Origin: the human T2T-CHM13v2.0 reference genome, Homo sapiens
DNA length: 64,000 nucleotides
Strand: one strand, 5' to 3'
NCBI RefSeq assembly: GCF_009914755.1
Contig: NC_060925.1
A model generated the notes under the pieces. It did no database searches and was not told the DNA's origin. It saw only the letters and a list, made by a program, of their open reading frames with translations. This document shows positions 46,823 to 58,900 of the stretch, in pieces. Within the stretch, counting starts at the first letter, position 1; each line of letters opens with the position of its first letter. Made by a program: the position numbers and the translations under genes.

Positions 46823-48380
46823 AAACACACACACACTGAGAGAGAGAGAGAGAGAGAGAGAGAACGAGCTCAGTGAATTGTCCAGGTGACACACTGATGA
46901 GGGAGTAACAGGACACTCTGAGTTAGTGCCCTCAGGACACACAGCATACAGTGATCATGAAAAGACTGTGCTCAATAATTTTCCATAAAATGTGCTCAAG
47001 TTTCCATGCAGTCGCCATGAGAATACAGTTTTTGAAGACTGGTCCACCTACAGTAGGTTAGTAAATGATAAGGGGAGGAAGAAATGGAAAGCTAAATATC
47101 TACTGCAATGAAAACCAACAGCAATGTTAGTAGGAATAATTCAGGCTTGGTTGAAAAGATGTAATCGATAATGTCAGCCCGCTCTGTTTTCCCTGAACCA
47201 GGAGTCTCCAGATGTCAACACAGAAGTAGCTGTTCACAATTGTTCAGTTACCTGGGGCATGGTGGGCCTTGGTCTTCTTCCTCTTCTTGGTCCTTTTTAA
47301 TTCCTGCAATACATTCAGACAGGGACAGACAAAATATGCCAATTCACCTACACCCATAACAGTCCACTGTCTAATCCCCACACAGGGATCTCAGGCTCCT
47401 CAGCATGAGAACAGGACAATGTGAGAGATATACTTCAGGAGGCCTGAAAGCTGGTCATGATATTCTTTGGTTTGCATCTCAGAACCAAGGGTGAAATATC
47501 CCTATTCTGCTAGATCGTTATCCCAAAATCATTTATCCCAAGTTTGTGCAAACAGTTATGCCTTATTGTTCCCATCAGTTCAAAGAAAATGCCCCAGATG
47601 ATTTCTAGGAGGAAAACTGCAGTATTCAGCCCTGTCTCATCAAATGCCCAGCTCGTTCACGGATGCAAGAATTTTAGACACTGAAATTAGAATGAAGGAG
47701 GAAATCTACAAACCCTTGAGTCCAAATCATAGTTCTGTGATTTTTTTACATCTCCCTGGGTCCAATGTGCTGAGAGCGGGCTCAGGTTGCCACAGGCATG
47801 GCTGGAGACTAGGAATAGAGCCTTGCTCACTGACCCATTTCATGTCTAGGCTTCCAGCTGAGACTACAGTTTCATTACAACCTATATGCGCCCATAGGTC
47901 CTGCCTGCGGCAATGACATCTCTCGGGTCAGTAAGGGCCACTTGGAACAGGAATATCACCCCTATCTGGAAGACCAGGTGGAGGCTTATCACCTTCATAG
48001 TAAGGTACTCACTGTCCATGTCAAGAGCCAAGCCAAGGTACTGTTCCTCCAATGAGTAAACAGCACTGCTGTAGGGCTGGCCTAAGTCAGGCAGTTCAAG
48101 ATAACCTGAAGGAGTCGAATGACATCTATCCAGTGAGTCCTGCAAGACTTCAGGCTCTTTCTCATCCAGCAGCTCCCTGCTGAGCCTGGAAAAGTAGGAA
48201 AAAGTAAAGAATAAGCCAGGGGGAAACAGAAACCAACCAGCCCCAGCTAGATTTCATGGCTAACATAAGGAACTGTTTAAAAAGAAAAAGGACAGATCCA
48301 TTAATGAGGTAATGAATTATTGCCTTTATGTTGGGATAGACCAGGGCCAGGTAGAAAAGAATGAAAGAGAAAGACACGGA

Positions 48381-48423
<43 letters not shown>

Positions 48424-49946
48424 AAGTGAGCTCAGCGAGTTGGCCGGGTGACACACTGATGAAGGGGTCAAAGGACACTCTGAGTTAGTGCCCTCGGGAC
48501 ACACAGCGAACAGTGATCATGAAAACAGTGGGCTCAATAATTTTCCATAAACTTGCTCAAGATTCCATGCAGTTGCCATACAGCCTTTGAGGTATGGTCA
48601 ACCTATAGTAAGTTAGTAAATGATAAGGGGAGGAAGAAATGGAAACCTAAACATCTACTGCAATGAAAACCAACAGCAATGTCAGTAGGAGTAATTCAAC
48701 CTTCGTTGAAAACATGAAATTGAACACACTCTTGTTTTCCCTGGACCTGGCATCTCCAGGTGTCAACACAGAATTAAGCATCCGTAATTGCTCAAAGTTA
48801 CCTGGGGCATGATGGGTCTTGGTCTTCTTCCACTTCTTGGTACTTTTCAATTTCTGCAATAAGTTCAGACATGGACAGACATATTAAGCTGGTTCTCCTA
48901 CACACATAACAATCCACTGTCTAATCCTCACACAGGGACTTCAGGCTCCTCAGCATGAGAATAGGACACTGTGAGAGATATTCTTCAGGAGGCCTGAAGG
49001 CTGATCACCATAGAGATTCCTTGGTTTTTGTCCCAGAAACTGTGGGTAAAATTCCCTATTCTGGTAGATCGTTATCCCAATATCATTTGTCCCAAGTTTG
49101 TGCAAATGGCTATGCCATATTTTTCCAATTGATTTAAAGCAAATGCCCCCAAATAGTTGCTAGGAGAAAAACTGCACTATTCAGCCCTGTCTCATCAAAT
49201 ACTCAGATTGTTCATGGTAGCGAGGATTTTAGACGCTGAAATTAGAGTGAAGGATGAAATCTACAGGATCTACAAAATTGAGACGAAATCAGAGTTGTGT
49301 GAATTTGTCACATCTGCCCAGATTCAACATCTTGAGAGTAGGATTAGGGCGCCACAGGCATGGCCTGAGACTAGGAAGAGAGCCCTGCTCACTGACCCAT
49401 CCCTTGTCTGGGCTTCCAAGTGGAACTAGAGTTTCATTCAACCTACATGTGCCTATAGGTCCTCCCTGTGACAATGACATCTCTCAGCTCAGTAAGGGCC
49501 ACTTGCAGTAGGAATATGACCCTAACCAGAAGACTCAGTGGATCCTTATCACCTTCATAGAAAGGTACTCACCATCCATGTCAACAGCCAAGCCAACACG
49601 CTGTTGCTCCAATACGTAAAAGGCACTTCTGTAGGGCTGGCATGAGTCAGTCAGTTCAAGACAACCTGAAGGAGTTGAATAACATCTATCCAGTGAGTCC
49701 TGCAAGACTTCAGGCTCTTTCTCATCCAGCAGCTCCCTGCTGAGCCTGGAAAAGTGGGAAAAAGTAAAGAATAAGCCAGGGGGAATCAGAAACCACACAG
49801 CCCCAGCTAGATTACATGGCTAACATAAGGAAGAGTTTGAAAAGAAAAAGGACAGATCCATTAATGAGGTAACAAATTATTGCCTTTATGTTGGGATAGA
49901 CTAGGGCCAGGTAGAAAAGGATGAAAGAGAAAGACACACACACATA

Positions 49947-49996
<50 letters not shown>

Positions 49997-52900
49997 GGGC
50001 TCAGTGAATTGGCCAGGTGACACACTGATCAGGGATTCAAAGGACACTCTGTATTTGTGCTCTCAGGACACACAGTGAACAGTGATCATGAAAAGCATGG
50101 CCTCAATAATTTTGCATAAAATTTGCTCAAGTTTCCCTGCAGTCACCATGAGAATACAGCTTTTGAGGTATGGTCAACCTTCACTAGGTTAGTAAATGAT
50201 AAGGGTAGGAAGAAATGGAAACCTAAACATGTACTCTAATGAGAACCAAAAAGCAATGTTAGTAGGCATAATTCAGACTTGTCTGTCAAGATGAAATTAT
50301 TATTTTCAGCATGTACTGTTTTCCCTGGACTTGGCATCTCCAGGTGTCAACATCAAATTAACTGTCCACAATTTCTCAGACTCGCCTCGGACCTGTTGCC
50401 TCTTGGTCCTCCTTTTTCACTTGATCCCACCGATATCCTGCAAATAAATTCAGATGGGGCCTCTTACATTAAGCAGTTCTTCCTTGCACACGGAAACATT
50501 CCTCTGTCCAATCCTAACACAGGGACATCAGTCTTGTCAGTGTGAGAACAGGAGACTTTGAGAGAAATATTCCAGTAGGCCTGAGGTCAAGTCTTGAGAA
50601 AACTGGCTTGAGTTCTTTCATGAGCCTTGGGCAAAATTACCCTGTTTTGGAATGTTATCTTCCCTATGTGCTCTGTCCTAGGTTTGTGTACACAAATGAG
50701 CAATTTCTTCCCCAATAAATTGTAGGCAAATAGTTCTAACACCTCATAGGAGAGATACTTCAATATTAAGCTTTCTCTCATCAAATACCCAGAATTTGAT
50801 AGTTTATGAGATTGTGGACACAGAGATTTGATGAAGGGGTGCAATGTACCAGCTCTTGAGTCAAAATGAAACTTGGTTCTACACAGAAGCATCAGCTATT
50901 ATGGCTTTTGTGGGTGAAAAGTCAGCCATTTATCTAGAAAACATACCAGGAACATGACGGACAGATGAGCTAAAACAAGCGAACTTAGAAGACACAGAAA
51001 ATGGGGATAAATTCAGTGAAACCTGGATCACATCTTTCACTGAGAGGTAGACAAGGGTGACACTGGCCTTGGGCAGGTAAAGAACCACACAGACATGCTT
51101 TGGGAACAAAACTCATAAGGAATTTTGTAGCTGGCAAGAGACATTTAATTCAGATGAGCTGAGCTGACAGACAACTCCTGGGCATGTGCTGCATAGTTTG
51201 GTGTGAGTTTGCCACACCTGCCTTGAGTTCAATGTCGTGACAGTCAGTCCAGGTTGGCACAGGCATGGCCTGAGACTAGGAAGAGAGCAAAGCTCACTGA
51301 CCCACCCCATGCCTGTGCTTCAGACTCGACTCTAGAGTGATTGAAATCTACATTGATATATAGGTTCAGCCCACAGTGATGGCAACTCTCAGCCCAACCA
51401 GGGGCACAAGGCACAAAGATTATGGGGTCTACCTGGGCCATGAACTGGAGCTTTATCACCTTCACAATGGAGTACTCACTGCCTATGTCAACAGCCATGC
51501 AGACTTGCTGTTCCTCTAATGAGTGAAATGTGCTGCTGTAAGACTTGTACGAGGCCAACATTTCAGGAGGAATTGAGAGAGTCGAATAACCTTCATCCCA
51601 GGACTCTTGGGGGACTTCCTCCTCTTCAGACTCCTGCAGATTCCTGATGAGCCAGGCAGGACAGGGATGATAGAAGATTTAACCAACAGAGATTAGACAA
51701 CAAAACCTCCCAGATGATCTGATGGGAGACAGAATGGAGTGGTCACAGAAACCAAAGGCATTTTTCCTTCAAGAGAAATAAAACTATCCTTCTAAATGCA
51801 GGGTGGAGGGTGACTGCTCTGGGGACACAGCAAAAATGGGCAGCATGTGCTCAGTACATTTGCCACAGATGAGCCAACTCAGGGCACCCAGACTCTCCCT
51901 GTAAACTACCATCAAGACTTGCAGCACAGAGAACTGACACAGGGCTTCAACTACTTTGCATAAATTGGGTTGAATTTTACATGCAGCATTCAAGTGAAGA
52001 GAGTTCTTGACGCAGTGCAGACACAGATCTTGTGTATTAAGGGCCCCATTTTCCCAATATTTTGATATAATATATTTACTTTTTCAATTTCTTTTCTTGC
52101 AAAAATACTAGCCAACATTCTACCAACAAATGGGAAGAAAGCATATATACATCTCTCCCTGGATTTAAACACATGGGAGAGAATAGGCGACACCAAGAAA
52201 TCACTGTTTGAGGGTCTGGAGTGGACTTCCAGCAAACTCCAACAGACCTGAAGCTGAGGGACCTGACTGTTAGAAGGAAAACTAACACACAGAAAGGAAT
52301 AGCATCAACATCAACAAAAAAGACATCCACCCCAAAACCCCATCTGTAGGTCACCATCATCAAAGACCAAGGGTAGATAAAACCACAAAGGTGGGGAGAA
52401 ACCAGAGCACAAAAGCTGAAAATTCCAAAAACCTGACATCCCTTCTCCTCCAAAGGATCGCAGCTCCTCGCCAGCAATGGAACAAAGCAGGATGGAGAAT
52501 GACTTTGATGAGCTGACAGAAGTAGGCTTCAGAAAGTCGGTAATAACAAACTTCTCTGAGCTAAAGGAGGATGTGCGAACTCATCGCAAGGAAGCTAAAA
52601 ACCTTGAAAAAAGATTAGACGAATGGCTAACCAGAATGAACAGTGTAGAGAAGACCTTAAATGACCTGATGGAGCTGAAAACCATGGCACGAGAACTACG
52701 TGATGCATGCACAAGCTTCAGTAGCCAATTCGATCAAGTGCAAGAAACGGTATCAGTGATTCAAGATCAAATTAGTGAAATGAAGCGAGAAGAGAAGTTT
52801 AGAGAAAAAAGAGTAAAAAGAAATGAACAAGCCTCCAATAAATATGGGACTATGTGGAAAGACCAAATCTACGTTTGATTGGTGTACTGAAAGTGATGGG

Positions 52901-55900
52901 GAGAATGGAACCAAGCTGGGAAACATTCTTCAGGATATTATCCAGGAGGACTTCCCCAACCTAGCAAGGAAGGCCAACATTCAAATTCAGGAAACACAGA
53001 GAACACCATAAAGATACTCCTCGAGAAGAGCAACCCCAGGACACATAATTATCAGATTCACCAAGGTTGAAATGACGGAAAAAATGCTAAGGGCAGCCAG
53101 AGAGAAAGGTCGGATTACCCACAAAGGGAAGCCCATCAGACTAGCAGCAGATCTCTTGGCACAAACCCTACAAGCCAGAAGAGAGTGGGAGCAATATTCA
53201 ACATTCTTTTTTTTTTCCATATGTATAGTTTTCCTTTATTATTTTCTGTGTGTATGTATATATATATATATATATATGTATTTTTAATACTTTAAGTCTT
53301 AGGGTACATGTGCACAACGTGCAGGTTAGTTACATATGTATACATGTCCACATTGGTGTGCTTCACCCATTAACTCATCATTTAACATTAGGTATATCTC
53401 CTAATGCTACCCCTCCTCCCTCCCCCCACCCTACAACAGGCCCCAGTGTGTGATGTTCCCCTTCCTGTGTCCATGTGTTCTCATTGTTCAATTCCCACCT
53501 GTGAATAAGAACATGCGGTATTTGGTTTTTTGTCCTTGCAATAGTTTGCTGAGAATGATAGTTTCCAGCTTCATCCATGTCCCTACAAAGGACATGAACT
53601 CATCATTTTTTATAGCTGCATAGTATTCCATGGTGTATATGTGCCACATTTTCTTTATCCAGTCTATCATTGCTGGATATTTGGCTTGGTTCCAAGTCTT
53701 TGCTATTGTGAATAGTGCCACAATAAACATATGTGTGCATGTGTCTTTACAGCAGCATGATTTATAATCCTTTGGGTATACACCCAGTAGTGGGATGGCT
53801 GGGTCAAATGGTATTTCTAGTTCTAGATCCCTGAGGAATTGCCACACTGCCTTCTACAATCGTTGAACTAGTTTACAGTCCCACCAATGGTGTAAAAGTG
53901 TTCCTATTTCTCCACATCCTCTCCAGCACCTTCAACATTCTTAAAGAAAAGAATTTTCAACCCAGAATTTCATATCCAGCCAAACAAAGCTTCATAAGTG
54001 AAGGAGAAATAAATCCTTTACAGAGAAGCAAATGCTGAGAGATTTTGTCACCACCAGGCCTGCCCAAAAAGAGCTCCTAAAGGAAGCACTAAACATGGAA
54101 AGGAACAACCGGTACCAGCCACTGCAAAAACATGCCAAACTGTAAAGACCATTGACGCTAGGAAGAAACTGCATCAACTAACGGGCGAAATAACCAGCTA
54201 ACATCATAACGACAGGATCAAATTCACACATAACCATATTAACCTTAAATGTAAAGGGGCTAAGTGCCCCAGTTAAAAAACACAGAATGGCAAATTGGAT
54301 AAAGAGTCAAGACCCATCAGTGTGCTGTACTCAGAAAACCCATCTCACATGCAGAGACACACATAGGCTCAAAATAAAGGGATGGAGGAAGATCTACCAA
54401 GCAAATGGAAAGCAAAAAAATGCAGCGGTTGCAATCCTAGTCTCTGATAAAACAGACTTTAAACCAACATATATCAAAAGAGACAAAGAAGGCCACTACA
54501 TAATGGTAAAGGGATCAATTCAACAAGAAGAGTTAACTATCCTAAATATATATGCACCCTATACAGGAGCACCCAGATTCATAAAGCAAGTCCTGAGAGA
54601 CCTACAAAGAGATTTAGACTCCACACAATCATAATGGGAGACTTTAACACCCCACTGTCAATATTAGACAGATCAATGAGACAGAAGCTTAACAAGGATA
54701 TCCAGGACTTGAACTCAGCTCTCCACCAAGCAGACCTAAAAGACATCTACAGAACTCTCCACCCCAAATCAACAGAATATACATTCTTCTCAGCATCACA
54801 TCACACTTATTCCAAAATTGACCACATAGTTGGAGGTAAAGCACTCGTCAGCAAATGTAAAAGAATGGAAATCACAACAAACTGTCAGACCACAGTGCAA
54901 TCAAATTAGAACTCAGGATTAAGAAACTCACTCAAAACCGCACAACTACATGGAAACTCAACAACCTGCTCCTGAATGACTACTGGGAAAATAACAAAAT
55001 GAAGGCAGAAATAAAGATGTTCTTTGAAACCAATGAGAACAAAGAAACATACCAGAATCTCTGGGACACATTTAAAGCAATGTGTAGAGAGAAAATTATA
55101 GCACTAAATGCCCACAAGAGAAAGCAGAAAAGATCTAAAATTTACATCCTAACATCACAATTAAAACAACTAGAGAAGCAAAGCAAACAAATTCAAAAGC
55201 TAGCAGAAGACAAGAAGTAACTAAGATCAGAGCAGAACTAAAGGAGATAGAGACACAAAAAACCCTTCAAAAAATCAATGAATCCAGGGCTGGTTTTTTG
55301 AAAAGATCAACAAGAAAACCCTGTTTGGCTAGCTCACCTGGCTCATCTGATGGCAAGTTCCTATCTTGAGAGGACTATGAAATTAAAACCAATACAAGTG
55401 CCACAAATAACATACAACATTGTAAATCAGCACAATTTGTAGCTGGGTGAATGGAAGAAATAGTTCTATTCATCACTTCCTCATTTTCCCTAAATCTACA
55501 ATCTCCAGATGTCACTACTGAATTAACAGCCAACAATTCCACAACATTACCTGGGAGACACTGGCCCTTTTTCTTCCTCTTCCTCATCATCACTTTCATT
55601 TTCTGTAAATAAATTCAGAGAAGCAGGTCACATTAAGCAATTCATACTTCACATATGAACAAATCACTGTCCAGTCATAGCACAAGGACATAACTATTCT
55701 CAGTGCAAGAATAAGGATTCTGACAGGAATATTCTAGGGTGCCCTAGATTAACTTTGGTGAGAATTAGATGACCCTGCTTTCCAGACCCACAGGCCAAAA
55801 TCTCCCTCTACGTGTAGACCATAATGCCATATTCCCTGCCTGAGTCAAAGTTAAACAAAATTTTTTCCCCAAAAAAATCTCCAAAAATTGGTCAAACAAT

Positions 55901-58900
55901 TTTCTAAGAGTGTTGCTGCAATACGGACTTATATCACCAGGTAACATGGACATTAAATGTTTAGAGGCTCTATACATGGAACACGACTGATAGATAAATT
56001 TGAACAACTCTTGCTTTAAAAAGAATCTGTGATTTGGGAGGCCAAGACAGGTGAATCATTTGAGGTCATGAGTTCAGGACTACCCTGGCCAATATGGGGA
56101 AACCCTGTCTCTACTAAAAATACAAAAATTAGCCAGATGTGATGTTGTGCACCTGTGGTCCCAGCAACTCAGGAGGCTGAGGCAGGAGAATCACTTGAAT
56201 CTGGGAGGCAGAGGTTGCACCAAGCCAAGATGGTGCCACTGCACTCCAGCCTAGGTGACAGAGCAGGACTCCATCGCAAAAAAAAAAAAAAAAAAATCTA
56301 CGATGCTACAAAGAAACATTGGATCAGCCATTGCATTGACAGGGTGGAGAACCAGGGTCCAGCCTTGCTTTATGGAAATATATCAGCAAAGTAAAGAAGA
56401 AAAGTTTCCGTCCTGATTTCAGGGTGACTGTGCAGCTAAGCAAGCTGACTTGAAGGAGATCCAGATGAAAGCTGAGAGCAGTGAAGCCTGGGGAACAATA
56501 TTTCCAAATACAAAGGCAAGGCTGCCAGCTTCCTTAAACAGGCATAGAAACTCCATGGACATTGTTCAGGGACAGATGACTTAATCACAGATGACAAGAG
56601 ATACTGAATCGAAGCTAGGAGGCCTGAGAGATACTGCCTGTGCACCTCCTGCACTCAGGTGACTATGAGATTGTCACACTTGCCTGGGGTCGAGTAACTT
56701 GATACTGGGGACTGGCAGACAAAGGCATGACATTAGCTGAGAAGGACAAACAAACTCCCTGATATCTGTTTAGAAACCCATCACAGTTTTTTATTCAAAT
56801 GAATTTGTGTTTATAGAGCCTGTCTTCAGAGTTTATCTTCCTCAGCCTAGAGAGAGGTATGAGACACAAGGAAAACAGAGGCTACCTGGGATAATGTGTA
56901 CAGCATCCTCCCATTCAACATGAGGGGATGAGCCAATGAGAGTTGAGTCGACTTTGTCTTCCTCAAATGTGATTTTGGTTTTCCTATGTGGCTGGTTGGA
57001 GTCATAAGGGCCATGGCTATTTGAACAAGTGATGGCACATTCCTCCAGTGAGTCCTCAGGGACTTCCTTTTCTTCAGCCTTCTGCATCTCCCTGATGAGC
57101 CAGGTGGGACAGAGATGACAGAAGATTAAACACAGAGGGATTGGACCCCAGGGAGTCCTAGCTGGCTTTGACAGGCGGCATTAAGAGAGTGGTCCCAGAA
57201 AGCAAAATGGAGGTTCCCATTAAGAGGGAACATGCAATCCTGTTCTCTCTGCAACAGAGCATGGCTGCCATGGGAACCAGAGAGGAAGAGAGCAGCTGCT
57301 GTTCATTGCACTGGACAGATAGGAGCTGAGGAGGATGAAGACTCAGCTATCCCTGTACGGTGCAGACATGACACTCGGCACACATAGAGAAACATGACAG
57401 CTGCTGCACCCTGTGTCTAAGCTGGGTTATATTTCACATACTGTGGCCAAGCGAATGCGGGTTTTTGGCCCATCATACATGCCAGAGAGGGTGTGCCTCC
57501 TAGATATTCTTCATATGTTACCATCCATTAATTGTTCCTGAGTATTCAGTGTTACCTGGGGGCAGACGATTTCTGCACTTTCTCAGCCACCTCAACTTGA
57601 ACATCTTCATCGTCATCGTTATCATTTTCTGTAAATACAGAAGTGTTCATTCAGATATTTCCCACTTCACAGTCTGCAAGCACAGTCAGCCCAATGTGCA
57701 ACAGAGACATGAACACCTAGGCATGGGTCACCGTTCAACTGAAAACTCTCATGTTTTATCTTTAACAGAATGCCCTGGCATGGTTTCCTGGTCCATCGGG
57801 CAATGCGTTTCTGATCTGGAAGGCCACCATCAAGATGTGGCCAAATATTGAAAAGACCTTTTGCTTCCCATATCACTGGAGGCTTGTGCAGCCTCTCTCT
57901 GGACTTTGGCAGCTGTCTCCCCAATCCTGCCACAGATCTGATTCCCAGGAACAGGCTTGGTGTCCTGTCACAGTTCGCATTTCAAACCTCATTCTTTCTC
58001 TTAGGAGAGGACAAACTTGTCCCACAGTCCTCTATGCGTCATGAGACTGCACAGGCCCTCCATGTGGCTTCTGCTGTGTTATTCAGGGACATTCTATCCA
58101 TGGGGAGTGCTCCAGTCTGAAGCACTTCCTACCACCAAATGACCCCACATCAAGTGCCTTCTCCAACACCACATGGAGAGGGGCTTCATCTCATTTTGAA
58201 AAGCATTCATAAGTGTTCCCATATTTGGATGCTTCAGACCCTTGCAAGAGACAATTTGTCTGCCTTTGCAGATGGAGAGAGAGAAACTCTGGAAAGATAA
58301 ATCACTCACTCACCGACACTTACTAAGAACATTGCCAAAAAGACAGCCTGGGAACCTTCATTCTTAGCCCAGAGCTCTTTTCACTCCAACAAGCGCCCTC
58401 CCATCACAGCCTCCTTCCTGTCCTTTAAAACTAGATAGATGCTGCCTCTTGCTCCAAAGACCACCTTCCATCAAGGAAGGAGGGACACTTGCAATACTGT
58501 GATCTCCAAACCCATGGGTTTCCCATTTCTGTTCTTACCCAGGAAGTCCTGATCATGTCATGGCTACATATGTGTAGTAGAAAAAAACCCCACTGATACA
58601 ACTGTCATTGTGAAAGTATGGAGGTCTGGAGCCTCTCATAAGCCTGGGGTTTTGGGTCATCAGGGCCTATGGCCACCTTACCTGGGCTGAGCTTTTGGAC
58701 AAGGTGCTGTGCCAGTCTACACCCCTCAGCCAGCTGTTCTTGGAGGTCCTGCCCCTGGGACTTTTCTGGCTCATCCGGAGTGAGGAGGGCCTGGAGATGC
58801 TGATTCAATGAGCGGGAGGCATCTCTCCCTTCCCGTAACTTCTCCCTTAACTGGGTCAGCTCTCGTTCCTGAGAGTGAACCAGGACTTTATATTGCCTAA

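Larger units (their letters stand above)
44700..50450. repeat. Tandem Olduvai genomic units (~1.56-1.61 kb: short exon, intron, long exon, intron) x4
   Basis: Long-exon acceptors at 49746, 48186, 46584, 44973; introns are visibly paralogous. Confidence 0.92.

Noticed and set aside
46052-49511. Recurring + strand ORFs (…[18 protein letters not shown]…) as an antisense gene
   Set aside because: They recur because the introns are paralogous; starts, stops and frames differ between copies.
44700-50450. Regular ~1.6-kb repeats as an unknown array system
   Set aside because: Fully explained by the known Olduvai exon-doublet repeats.
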